Positions 10,084 through 18,998 are shown, counted from the first letter of the stretch. The stretch is DNA of 64,000 nt from an uncultured Candidatus Saccharimonas sp. (GCA_943358095.1 CALRGT010000001.1:450-64449), one strand, 5' to 3'. Translations and numbers: made by a program. The notes: generated from the sequence alone by a model not told the origin.

Positions 10084-10572
10084 ATGCATCGTCACGGATA
10101 TAAAGGAAGAAAATTCGGAAGAGAACGCGACCAGCGTGAAGCTCTTATTAAGGGCCTAGCTGACTCGTTAGTAAAATACGAATCAATCGAGACTACTCTA
10201 CACAAAGCTAAAGAAATCGTACCTTATATGGAACGATTGATTACTAAAGCTAAAAAGGGTGATCTACATAATCGCCGACAGGTTATATCTAGCCTACAAA
10301 CACTTGAATCAGCTCATAAATTAGTTGACGAAATTGCACCGAAGCTTAAGGGACGCACCAGTGGACACCTTAGAATCACACGAACCGCTAACAGACGAGG
10401 CGACAACGCTCAAATCGCAAGAGTTAGCTTTGTAGACGATCTAAGTGCCGCTCCAGTAGCAGTTAAGGCAGCACCAGTTGTTGCTAATGACACTACAGTT
10501 GTTGCAACTAAAGCTAAGCCTGCTGTTAAGACCGTCAAAAAAGCAGTTAAAAAGACTACGGAGAAGAAATAA
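10084..10572 (+). CDS. rplQ: 50S ribosomal protein L17 with Lys/Ala/Val tail
   Basis: GRKFGR, IETT..KAKE, RRGDNA. Confidence 0.98.
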   Translation: MHRHGYKGRKFGRERDQREALIKGLADSLVKYESIETTLHKAKEIVPYMERLITKAKKGDLHNRRQVISSLQTLESAHKLVDEIAPKLKGRTSGHLRITRTANRRGDNAQIARVSFVDDLSAAPVAVKAAPVVANDTTVVATKAKPAVKTVKKAVKKTTEKK

Positions 10573-11033
10573 TGAAAACTTTTAGCGCCAAACCGGCTGA
10601 CGTTACACGAAAATGGTATGTTGTCGATGCTAGCGAAGTACCATTAGGCCGTCTCGCTACTGTCACTGCTAGTTTATTGCTAGGTAAAGGCAAGCCTACA
10701 ATCACATCACACGTTGATGGCGGAGATTTTGTTATTGTCATTAACTCTGATCAATTAGTAGTCACTGGTAACAAATTACACGACAAAATGTACTACCATC
10801 ACAGTCATTACCCAGGTGGACTTACAGAGACAAGACTTAGCGATAAGATTGCTAAAGACTCCACTACAGTCATACAGAAAGCTGTTCGTGGCATGTTGCC
10901 ATCAAACAAGCTGCGTGATGGTAGATTACAACGCTTGAAGGTTTATGCAGGACCAGAACACCAGCACGAAGCCCAGAAGCCAGAAACGATGTCACTTAGA
11001 ATCGCTTCTAAAATCAAGAAAGAGAGTAAATAA
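10572..11033 (+). CDS. rplM: 50S ribosomal protein L13
   Basis: WYVVDA, LGRLA, GDFVIVIN, AVRGMLP. Confidence 0.99.
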   Translation: MKTFSAKPADVTRKWYVVDASEVPLGRLATVTASLLLGKGKPTITSHVDGGDFVIVINSDQLVVTGNKLHDKMYYHHSHYPGGLTETRLSDKIAKDSTTVIQKAVRGMLPSNKLRDGRLQRLKVYAGPEHQHEAQKPETMSLRIASKIKKESK

Positions 11034-11440
11034 TGGCAACTAAGACAGCTAACAATTATTTTTACGCATTAGGCCGACGTAAACGCGCTACAGCTCGTGT
11101 ACGTTTATCTGGTGGTAAAGGTGTTATTACTATCAATGGCAAGCCTGCAGATGAATACCTAGCTTCAAGCAAGTACTTAATGAATGAGCTCGAAAAGCCA
11201 TTTACAGTATTAGAAGAGCTTAAGAAATTTGATGTAAGCGCTATGGTAAGTGGCGGTGGCCCAAGTGGTCAGGTTACAGCGATTCAACTTGGTATTGCTA
11301 AAGCATTGGTTGTCATGAATGACGATCTAAAAGCTACGCTTAAGCGAGCTGACTTGCTTAGTCGCGATCCTCGTGAGCGTGAACGTAAGAAGTTCGGCCT
11401 TAAGGGCGCACGTAAACAGAGACAGTTTACAAAGCGTTAA
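11033..11440 (+). CDS. rpsI: 30S ribosomal protein S9
   Basis: GRRKRATARV, GGGPSGQ, ERKKFGLKGARKQRQFTKR. Confidence 0.99.
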   Translation: MATKTANNYFYALGRRKRATARVRLSGGKGVITINGKPADEYLASSKYLMNELEKPFTVLEELKKFDVSAMVSGGGPSGQVTAIQLGIAKALVVMNDDLKATLKRADLLSRDPRERERKKFGLKGARKQRQFTKR

Positions 11441-11455
11441 TACACGAACATTACT

Positions 11456-11483
11456 AAAAGGACGGTTTCGACCGTCCTTTTTT
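11456..11483 (+). terminator. intrinsic terminator of the ribosomal operon
   Basis: AAAAGGACGGT-TTCG-ACCGTCCTTTTTT perfect stem, UUCG loop, U-tract. Confidence 0.92.
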
Positions 11484-11529
11484 GATTCAATCCGTTTAAC
11501 AGTAATAGGATTTCTTAAGATGCCATTTG

Positions 11530-11558
11530 TTGACGAATTAGTATATATAAGGTATATT
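11530..11558 (+). promoter_or_regulatory. sigma70 promoter of the pheA leader
   Basis: TTGACG-17nt-TATATT; leader ATG 9 nt downstream. Confidence 0.75.
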
Positions 11559-11567
11559 CAATCTGTA

Positions 11568-11648
11568 ATGACACAAAACAATCAAGGTTATCGAACATTC
11601 TGGTTTACGCACTCTACTACGGCGGTTGTTCGAGCGTATAGCGCATAA
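11568..11648 (+). CDS. putative attenuator leader peptide MTQNNQGYRTFWFTHSTTAVVRAYSA (Phe/Trp control codons)
   Basis: 26-aa ORF after a promoter, TTC-TGG-TTT cluster, followed by antiterminator/terminator, upstream of pheA and trpS. Confidence 0.75.
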   Translation: MTQNNQGYRTFWFTHSTTAVVRAYSA

Positions 11649-11692
11649 TTAATCAAACAAGTTCACATCAACCGCCAACAAGGCGGTTTTTT
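11591..11692 (+). promoter_or_regulatory. transcription attenuator (protector/antiterminator/terminator) upstream of pheA
   Basis: TCGAACA(11591-97):TGTTCGA(11627-33); GGCGGTTG(11621-28):CAACCGCC(11669-76); terminator AACCGCC-AACAA-GGCGGTT-TTTT(11670-92). Confidence 0.78.
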
Positions 11693-11712
11693 AATTTAAA
11701 CAGGAAAGAAAT

Positions 11713-12573
11713 ATGAAAGAACGAATCGGTATACAAGGATCAAAAGGAGCATTTCACGAGATTGCTGCTATACAGTTGTTTGGCAAAAAACAACAGATTA
11801 TATATATCGACACCTTCGAAAAGTTATTTTCTGATTTAAATCGCGGACTAATCGACAAAGCGGTAGTTGCCATGACTAACATTCAAGTAGGCTTTATTGA
11901 TGAACCTCACAAAGAGCTAATAGCTAACAGTTCGAAGTACTGGATTAGTGGAGAAACATACGTTGCGGTTGCTCACCAACTACTCGCACTTCCAGGAACA
12001 AAACTAAGCCAGATTAAGCACATTCACTCCATGGCGCCAGCACTACAGCAGTGTTCGCACACCCTTAGGCATCTATTGCCTAATGCAGAGCTAATCGAAG
12101 AGGCAGATACGGCATTAAGCGCAGAACTGGTATCAAAATTAAATAGTCATCATCATGCAGCAGTTGCTAGCAAGCGAGCTGGCGAAATTAACGGTTTGCA
12201 GGTGATTAGCGCAAATGTTCAAGATCGTAAAAAGAATATAACCAGGTTCCTCGTATTAGAAGCTAGATCAAACCAATTAAAGGATAGAGGTAGCAAGACA
12301 GACAAAACTACTATGCTCCTTGAGACTCCTAATAAAAAGGGCGCCTTATTTAAGGCCCTACTTATTTTTTGGATGAATAGTATCAACATCACTACTCTAC
12401 ACTCGTCATTCGTAGAAGATTCAGATTTTAATGAGAAGTTTTATATAGAGTATGACGCCGGAATCTGGCGAAAGAAATCTAAGTTACTGATAAAATTCTT
12501 GACCCTTTTGGGCAACAAAGTAACGATATCAGGCAGTTATACCAACGAAAACATCAATCTTCACACTAAATAA
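11713..12573 (+). CDS. pheA: prephenate dehydratase (PDT + ACT domain)
   Basis: QGSKGAFHEIAA, HQLL, ALQQC, DTALSA, NITRFLVL (TRF motif), ACT-like KTT..GALFKAL. Confidence 0.88.
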   Translation: MKERIGIQGSKGAFHEIAAIQLFGKKQQIIYIDTFEKLFSDLNRGLIDKAVVAMTNIQVGFIDEPHKELIANSSKYWISGETYVAVAHQLLALPGTKLSQIKHIHSMAPALQQCSHTLRHLLPNAELIEEADTALSAELVSKLNSHHHAAVASKRAGEINGLQVISANVQDRKKNITRFLVLEARSNQLKDRGSKTDKTTMLLETPNKKGALFKALLIFWMNSINITTLHSSFVEDSDFNEKFYIEYDAGIWRKKSKLLIKFLTLLGNKVTISGSYTNENINLHTK

Positions 12574-12585
12574 GGGATACAAATT

Positions 12586-12777
12586 ATGTCAGAATTCGCG
12601 CCACCACCATTTTTCATGAGCCCCGAAGCATTAGAATTAAGTATAAAACGAAATGCAGACGCCGGATGGGGCGGTCTAGACGCTCCAAGACATTCAATAT
12701 CATTTGATACGATTAGAACTCTAGGACATTTAGTTGACGCCCCAATAGAGCCTGTAAACGAGCCTAAGCACGATTAG
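12586..12777 (+). CDS. small hypothetical protein
   Basis: 63-aa ORF with AAGGGA upstream, between pheA and trpS. Confidence 0.55.
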   Translation: MSEFAPPPFFMSPEALELSIKRNADAGWGGLDAPRHSISFDTIRTLGHLVDAPIEPVNEPKHD

Positions 12778-12834
12778 TAGGAGCCATAATAAGACTAACT
12801 TGCACAACGCAAGGTATTAACGGATACTATACGT

Positions 12835-13869
12835 ATGAATAAACCAGTAATTCTAACAGGTCTACGAGCAAATAATCAACTTCATCTAGGCAATTATCTA
12901 GGTGCTATTCAGCCTATGGTCAATCTACAGTCGACTCATGCCGGCGAGTATCAACTAAACATGTTTATACCTGACCTGCATAGTTTCACTACACCTATCG
13001 ATCACAAGCAACTATATCGGCAGGTTATTGATAGTCTTAAGATTTTTGTTGCGGCAGGACTAGACATTAATAATCCGGATACTTTTATATATCGCCAGAG
13101 CTATATTCCTGCACATAGTGAACTTACTTGGATATTAGATTGTTTCACATATTTTGGTGAAGCTAGCCGAATGATTGAGTTCAAAGATAAGTCGACTAAA
13201 GCGGGATCAGATACAGTTAGCGTCGGACTTTTTAATTATCCCGTATTAATGGCTGCAGATATTCTTTTATATGATGCCAAGTTCGTGCCAGTTGGAGAAG
13301 ATCAAAAACAGCATTTGGAATTGGTTCGTAATTTAGCTACAAGGTTTAATAGTAAATTCGATAAAGATATATTTACACTTCCGGAACCTTGGGATAAACA
13401 GATGGAGTTTTCAAATCGCGACAGTGGATTAAGAATTCGATCACTTCGTCACCCCGACAGCAAGATGAGTAAAAGTGTGGAAGATCCTGCAGGGACTATA
13501 ATGCTAAACGACGACCCTGAATTGGCCGCAAAAAAGGTCATGAATGCAGAGACTGACTCTATAGGTTCAATTCATCTAGACTGGGAGAAGCAGCCTGGAA
13601 TAAGCAACTTACTACAAATACTGGCCTCACTATCTAGCAGAAAACTAACGGAAGTTGCCGCCGAATGGGAAGGCAAAAGCAGCTATGGTGAACTCAAGAA
13701 ACAAGTCGCAGAACAAGTTATTCATTTCTTGCAGAATCTTCAAACCAAATTGTCCACTATTAACGAAGGTGAAATAGTCAAAAAACTAGAATCAGATGAA
13801 GTCGCCATGACAAAAGTAGCTAATGCAAAATTATTAGAGGCCCAAAAAGCAGTAGGCTTGAGGGAGTAA
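12835..13869 (+). CDS. trpS: tryptophan--tRNA ligase
   Basis: HLGNY, YPVLMAADILLY, VPVGEDQKQHLE, KMSKS. Confidence 0.99.
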   Translation: MNKPVILTGLRANNQLHLGNYLGAIQPMVNLQSTHAGEYQLNMFIPDLHSFTTPIDHKQLYRQVIDSLKIFVAAGLDINNPDTFIYRQSYIPAHSELTWILDCFTYFGEASRMIEFKDKSTKAGSDTVSVGLFNYPVLMAADILLYDAKFVPVGEDQKQHLELVRNLATRFNSKFDKDIFTLPEPWDKQMEFSNRDSGLRIRSLRHPDSKMSKSVEDPAGTIMLNDDPELAAKKVMNAETDSIGSIHLDWEKQPGISNLLQILASLSSRKLTEVAAEWEGKSSYGELKKQVAEQVIHFLQNLQTKLSTINEGEIVKKLESDEVAMTKVANAKLLEAQKAVGLRE

Positions 13870-14756
13870 TGATTAAGTACGTTGTAGACATTGACGAAGT
13901 TGGCTTTAGATTGGACGCTTCAATTGTTGCTAGACTTAGCGTACTTAGTCGCGCGTCTGTACAAAAATTATGTAGACAAAAACTCGTCAAAGTTAACGGT
14001 GAAATTCCAAAAATTAGTTACAGGCTAAGACTAGGCGACGAAGTCGTAGTTGACTATGATGTCGATGCCGTACAGATCATTCCCGAAATTGATTTACCGA
14101 TTTTATACGAAGATGACGACTGCGTAGTCATAAATAAGCCTGTAGGCCTGCTAACACATAGCAAGGGTTCGTTTAACCCTGAAGCCACCGTAGCCACATG
14201 GCTAGAACCAAAACTCACCCAAGATTTACCTGCCAGCCAAAAAGAAGAGCACCACTCCAGATCTGGTATCGTACATCGACTAGACAGAGCCACTAGTGGT
14301 GTTATGATTTGCGCAAAAAATCCTGAGGCTTTAAGCTGGCTACAAAAACAATTTTCTGAGCGCAGAACAAAAAAGACTTACGTTGCAATCATACAAGGTG
14401 TCATGGAGCCAGAAAAAGCTGTAATTGATATGCCGATCGAGCGCAACCCAAAGAAGCCACAGACCTTTAGAGTAGGGCCAAATGGAAAGCCGTCTATCAC
14501 AGCCTACGAAGTTATGCAGGTAAGCAACGAGCATACTATGCTTAAATTATCGCCAACGACAGGCAGAACTCATCAGTTAAGAGTACATTTGAACTTTCTT
14601 AAAAAACCTATAGTGGGTGATCTTATGTACGAAGGGCAATCAGCAGATAGATTATTTTTACACGCGCTTAGTCTAGAGATAACGCTACCCAACAGAAAAC
14701 GCAGAGTATTCAAAGCACCTCTTCCTGATGAATTCAAAACGTTTATGAACGACTAA
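13869..14756 (+). CDS. rluD: RluA/RluD family pseudouridine synthase with S4 domain
   Basis: INKPVG, VHRLDRATSG, TGRTHQLRVH, LFLHA. Confidence 0.9.
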   Translation: MIKYVVDIDEVGFRLDASIVARLSVLSRASVQKLCRQKLVKVNGEIPKISYRLRLGDEVVVDYDVDAVQIIPEIDLPILYEDDDCVVINKPVGLLTHSKGSFNPEATVATWLEPKLTQDLPASQKEEHHSRSGIVHRLDRATSGVMICAKNPEALSWLQKQFSERRTKKTYVAIIQGVMEPEKAVIDMPIERNPKKPQTFRVGPNGKPSITAYEVMQVSNEHTMLKLSPTTGRTHQLRVHLNFLKKPIVGDLMYEGQSADRLFLHALSLEITLPNRKRRVFKAPLPDEFKTFMND

Positions 14757-14757
14757 G

Positions 14758-15624
14758 ATGGACTTGGTACTTCACGAGCACACCAATGATCAGGTTAAAT
14801 CTTTTATAGACAATCCAAGTCATGCATTAATATTGATAGGGCAAAACGGAACAGGAAAGGGTTATCTAGCAAAATATATTGCCACTCAATTACTCGGATT
14901 AAATAGTGATGAGTTAAATAGCTACCCTTTTTATAGTCGCTTAGAACCAACAGACAACGTCATCGCCATAGAATCAATCAGAAAAATTCAGAAATTCGTC
15001 CAGTTAAAATCAATAGGTTCAAAAAAGATAAGACGAGTGCTAATACTTGATGATTCGCATTTGATGACTACAGAGGCGCAGAATGCTTTTCTTAAAATAC
15101 TGGAAGAACCACCAGAAGATACGGTGATTATTATGTCGGCAATATCAGATAGGTCGCTGTTGTCTACTATCTTTTCACGTGCTCAATCGATTTACGTCAA
15201 AAATCCTTCACTTGTCACCGTAACATCACATTACACAAACATAGGTTTCTCAGAAGATGAAATCAAAAAGAACTACTACGTAGGCGATGGAGGAGTCGGT
15301 CTTATAAACTCTTTACTAAACAACGAATCAGATCACCCCTTAGTCAATAGTATTGCTGTCGCTAAAAGTATTGTATCGGCGTCAATGTTTGATAGGTTAG
15401 TGATAGCCGAATCACTTTCTAAGCAGAAGGATCAGGTTCCAGACGTTCTATTTGCTCTTAAAAGAGTCTACAGAGCGGTGATGGTTCAGGCGGGTAAGTC
15501 TGGAGGAATAACTCAGATTAAGCGGAGCCACAACGCACTAAGTAGAATCACGGACAGTGAGGCTCTTCTGTCTAGCAGCACCAACACTAAGCTGCTATTG
15601 ACAGACTTGTTCTTAAATATCTGA
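14758..15624 (+). CDS. holB: DNA polymerase III subunit delta-prime-like
   Basis: HALILIGQNGTGK, AQNAFLKILEEPP, LLSTIFSR. Confidence 0.85.
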   Translation: MDLVLHEHTNDQVKSFIDNPSHALILIGQNGTGKGYLAKYIATQLLGLNSDELNSYPFYSRLEPTDNVIAIESIRKIQKFVQLKSIGSKKIRRVLILDDSHLMTTEAQNAFLKILEEPPEDTVIIMSAISDRSLLSTIFSRAQSIYVKNPSLVTVTSHYTNIGFSEDEIKKNYYVGDGGVGLINSLLNNESDHPLVNSIAVAKSIVSASMFDRLVIAESLSKQKDQVPDVLFALKRVYRAVMVQAGKSGGITQIKRSHNALSRITDSEALLSSSTNTKLLLTDLFLNI

Positions 15625-15640
15625 TATAATACTTTTTAAG

Positions 15641-16294
15641 ATGTATGCACTAGTACTCATATTGATTTTCGGATTATTCGCGTATCGTAATTCTACTATT
15701 CGAGATGAAGCAGATAACCCAATTGCTAGTAAGGTTAGCGATAAGCTAGGTAAGCTCTGGGACATAGCGCATCAAGGGATGCGAGAAAATCGTTTCTTAA
15801 GAGCAGAGAAGGCGCTTTTGACTATTCTAAAAATAGACGAGCGCAATGCAGCCGCCTATAACCGGCTTGGAATTTTATACGCAAAACAAAAAGAGTACAA
15901 AGATGCAATCGATTGTTTTGAGATAGCCTCTAGTATCGAAGCTACATCATCAAGTCTTCATAACCTAGGACTTATTTATTATGAAACTGAAAATTATAGT
16001 AAAGCCGCTATTGCCTTTGAGCAGGCCTTAAAATACGAGGATACTATGGCTGCCCGGCATATTGCCTACGCTAAAGTTCAAGAGAAACTAGGAAACATTA
16101 AATTAATGATTCATGAACTAGAGATAGCTTCAGAACTTGAGCCCAACCAAGAAACTTACACGCTTCTACTTAAGGCCTATGAGAGCAACGATATGACCGC
16201 AGACGCCGATATAGTAAGGCACAAACTCAGAAAGGCCACCAGCTCAACCACTAGGCCTAAAAGAGTGTTGCGACCTAGACGCGTTATAGTTTAG
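15641..16294 (+). CDS. membrane-anchored tetratricopeptide repeat protein
   Basis: N-terminal hydrophobic helix; TPR patterns AYNRLGILY, LHNLGLIYY. Confidence 0.85.
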   Translation: MYALVLILIFGLFAYRNSTIRDEADNPIASKVSDKLGKLWDIAHQGMRENRFLRAEKALLTILKIDERNAAAYNRLGILYAKQKEYKDAIDCFEIASSIEATSSSLHNLGLIYYETENYSKAAIAFEQALKYEDTMAARHIAYAKVQEKLGNIKLMIHELEIASELEPNQETYTLLLKAYESNDMTADADIVRHKLRKATSSTTRPKRVLRPRRVIV

Positions 16295-16320
16295 GTAATA
16301 AGGTCTAAATACTCACAACA

Positions 16321-16635
16321 CTAGTAAACACATATGCGTTTTTTAGCAGCGTCTGATAGGTATGCAACAACATCCTTTTTAAGTATCTTTTTTGCAACAG
16401 TGTTTGTAGAAGGCGCTGAATACATAGCCACCGCCCCATCGACCCATCCACACTGAACAATGGTGTCTTCATAAAAAGTCACGTAACCGTTATAATCGGC
16501 TTTGCGTTTTTTTAGAATGGTACTTTCAGAGATTCTGTCTATATGGTTATTGTAGGTGTAGAGGCCTAGTCCAACAAATGATAGGATAATCAAAAGAGCT
16601 ACCAGGTTATGAATATTTTTTCTTAATCGTTTCAT
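16321..16635 (-). CDS. hypothetical membrane-anchored protein
   Basis: 104-aa ORF with basic N-terminus and TM helix; TGcTAAAAT 6 nt before the ATG. Confidence 0.65.
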   Translation of the reverse strand: MKRLRKNIHNLVALLIILSFVGLGLYTYNNHIDRISESTILKKRKADYNGYVTFYEDTIVQCGWVDGAVAMYSAPSTNTVAKKILKKDVVAYLSDAAKKRICVY

Positions 16636-16683
16636 TCTATGATTTTAGCATTGTCTTATGCTTATCGTCGATTAATACAAATC

Positions 16684-16960
16684 GCAGGGCGTAGGTTAGT
16701 GAGTAAACTCGCTCGTTCGCAGGACACAACACATTGCACCCAAACCAAATAAAAATACCCTCCTTTGGAGGGTCATTCTATTTGGTGCAGGGTGTAAACT
16801 GGCGCACATTAATCTGTACGCCGAGAAGATTCTCGGGTAACAGACTAATGATCGAACCACCGAAGTATTGCGAGTAGACTCGCAACTTCGTAAGTGGGAA
16901 TCATATCTGCACAAAAGCAAAACCCCTCTTGCGAGGGGCTTCACTTTGGTGCAGGGTGTA
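16684..16960. repeat. tRNA-Tyr 3'-end-linked structured repeat
   Basis: TTTGGTGCAGGGTGTA at 16781-96 and 16945-60; GYGAGTARACTCGC at 16699 and 16870; each unit has a CCCTC/GAGGG hairpin with long imperfect arms. Confidence 0.7.
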
Positions 16961-17032
16961 GGATTCGAACCTACGAAGGCGTAAGCCAACAGATTTACAG
17001 TCTGCCGTGTTTGACCGCTTCACTAACCCTGC
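16947..17032 (-). tRNA. tRNA-Tyr(GTA)
   Basis: Reverse complement GCAGGGTTAGTGAAGCGG...CTGTAAA...GGTTCGAATCC...CCTGCACCA; long variable arm; encoded CCA. Confidence 0.97.
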
Positions 17033-17058
17033 ATGCTTTTGATCACTCAAAAGCATCT

Positions 17059-17153
17059 AACATTTTTCATTTGCCATTGATCAGGGATGGAATAGAACCA
17101 TTTATAATTAATTCCATCAATGTTAAATGCTAAATGATCAATGGTCAATGTTT
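17059..17153. repeat. heptamer-repeat palindromic element in the tRNA-Thr/tRNA-Tyr spacer
   Basis: Five tandem AATGnnn heptamers (17119-17153); CCATTGATCA pairs with TGATCAATGG; inner GATGGAAT/ATTCCATC stem. Confidence 0.65.
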
Positions 17154-17168
17154 TGATTAATCAAAACT

Positions 17169-17243
17169 TGGAGCCACCTGTCGGATTTGAACCGACGACC
17201 CACGGTTTACAAAACCGTTGCTCTACCACTGAGCTAAGGTGGC
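17169..17243 (-). tRNA. tRNA-Thr(TGT)
   Basis: Reverse complement GCCACCTTAGCTCAGTGGTAGAGC...TTTGTAA...GGTTCAAATCC...GGTGGCTCCA. Confidence 0.97.
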
Positions 17244-17315
17244 GCATTAACAGACAACAGTGTAGCAAATGTCGGCAAGATTTGCTACTATAACAGGGCA
17301 TAAAATTATAATAAT

Positions 17316-17390
<75 letters not shown>

Positions 17391-17412
17391 TAATTGACTA
17401 TTTGTTAAATCC

Positions 17413-17727
17413 ATGACATTATCTTTGAATATGTTTAACCCAGAAGAAGTAGATACTTTCGCTAAATCAGAACGATTACACAGGCGTCAAGATACACTTG
17501 GGCGCATAGCTACGCGATTTATTGCAGGCGGCGCTGGACTAGGTATAATTGCCGGGAAATCTGAAATAGTATCTGGAGCTGGGTTGGCTGTTTTCGGAGT
17601 TGGAGTCCTAGCGACAGATCTTTGGTTTTTTACCAAGCTAGATACACGTGAACTTGATCGCGACAATAAGAAAATGATTAACAGTGTCTTGGTCGAAGCT
17701 GAAGATTTGACGCGAAATTCACATTAG
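17413..17727 (+). CDS. hypothetical membrane protein
   Basis: 104-aa ORF with two Gly-rich hydrophobic segments; start uncertain. Confidence 0.6.
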   Translation: MTLSLNMFNPEEVDTFAKSERLHRRQDTLGRIATRFIAGGAGLGIIAGKSEIVSGAGLAVFGVGVLATDLWFFTKLDTRELDRDNKKMINSVLVEAEDLTRNSH

Positions 17728-17801
17728 CGACTTGGCAAAGACACGCTCATCTGTTACAATATTGTGAATCGTATAAATAAATTGCATAAAGGCATAAAAT
17801 A

Positions 17802-18008
17802 ATGGCTAAAAAAGGTGATAAAAGAAAATTAGTAGGACTTGTTTCTGAAGAAACTGGTCACCGACATTACTATACTTCTAAGAACACTCAAAATACTCCT
17901 GATAAGCTACGTCTTAAGAAGTACGACCCTATTGCGCGCAAACACGTTTTTTACTCAGAAACCAAGAAAAGCCTTGGCCGAAACGAAGTAAAGCCTCGTA
18001 AACACTAG
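17802..18008 (+). CDS. rpmG: 50S ribosomal protein L33 (Cys-free type)
   Basis: [34 protein letters not shown]. Confidence 0.96.
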   Translation: MAKKGDKRKLVGLVSEETGHRHYYTSKNTQNTPDKLRLKKYDPIARKHVFYSETKKSLGRNEVKPRKH

Positions 18009-18030
18009 AGACAAGTAATACAGAACATTT

Positions 18031-18058
18031 AACCCATTACAAAAGTAGTGGGTTTTTT
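18031..18058 (+). terminator. intrinsic terminator after rpmG
   Basis: AACCCATTAC-AAAA-GTAGTGGGTT-TTTT. Confidence 0.8.
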
Positions 18059-18110
18059 AATTGCTGGGCCTATACAAGACATAGTTATATCTTATTCCAA
18101 ATGCTCTGTA

Positions 18111-18146
18111 AGCAAAAACCCGAGCACAATGCTCGGGCGTTTTGCT
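18111..18146 (-). terminator. intrinsic terminator after tRNA-Trp
   Basis: CCCGAGCA/TGCTCGGG stem with A-run on + strand (U-tract on -). Confidence 0.75.
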
Positions 18147-18221
18147 TGGCAGGGGTACGTGGAATCGAACCACGGTCTAAGGTTTTGGAGACCTTCATAC
18201 TAACCGCTGTACTATACCCCT
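18147..18221 (-). tRNA. tRNA-Trp(CCA)
   Basis: Reverse complement AGGGGTATAGTACAGCGG...CTCCAAA...GGTTCGATTCC...CCCCTGCCA. Confidence 0.97.
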
Positions 18222-18329
18222 ATAATACTTAACTTAGAACTTAAGTGAATAACTAACCTATTTTACCTTAAATTGTCATAAAAACGAATTTTTGCACATT
18301 CTCGTTAATCTGATATACAATATAATGAC

Positions 18330-18992
18330 ATGAGTAAACTAATACCTACCAGACCTCTTCTTATAATGTTATACGGCTTTCCTGGAGCCGGGAAGACTCA
18401 CTTTGCTAGACAACTGACAGAACATATTAATGTAGCTCACGTACAGGCCGACAAGATCAGAAGCGAACTTTTTGACGATCCTACATTTGATAAACAAGAA
18501 AATGCCATTGTTAAGCACCTAATGACCTACATGACTGGTGAATTCCTGCAATCAGGTGTTAGTGTAGTTTACGACGTTAATGCCATGAGATCAGCCGAAC
18601 GGAGGTCACTACGTGAACTAGCGCTCAAAGTTAAGGCCCAGCCAATACTAATTTGGCTACAAATAGACCCAGAAACTGCTTTTACGCGTCTAAATAAGCG
18701 CGACAAGCGAAAAAGCGACGACAAGTACGCCTTACCTTACTCTCGCAATGCGTTCCGTAATTATATTGTGAAGATGCAAAATCCTATCGAGTCAGAGAAC
18801 TATATAGTAATTAGCGGCAAGCACACCTTTAATACGCAGAAGAGTGCTGTTACCAAGAGATTGTACGAAATTGGGCTACTTAGAGCCGATAGCGTCAGTA
18901 CAGTTGTTGTTAAGCCTGGAATGGTCAACTTAGTACCTAATCCTGCTGCAGGTCGCGTGGATATGAGCAGACGTAACATTTCCATATACTAA
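18330..18992 (+). CDS. P-loop kinase-like ATP-binding protein (AAA_33 type)
   Basis: LYGFPGAGKT, DKIRSELF, GVSVVYD. Confidence 0.8.
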   Translation: MSKLIPTRPLLIMLYGFPGAGKTHFARQLTEHINVAHVQADKIRSELFDDPTFDKQENAIVKHLMTYMTGEFLQSGVSVVYDVNAMRSAERRSLRELALKVKAQPILIWLQIDPETAFTRLNKRDKRKSDDKYALPYSRNAFRNYIVKMQNPIESENYIVISGKHTFNTQKSAVTKRLYEIGLLRADSVSTVVVKPGMVNLVPNPAAGRVDMSRRNISIY

Positions 18993-18998
18993 TTAGTT

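Noticed and set aside
11373-11648. 91-aa ORF overlapping the rpsI end
   Set aside because: It spans a terminator and a promoter; only the last 26 codons (leader peptide from 11568) are plausible.
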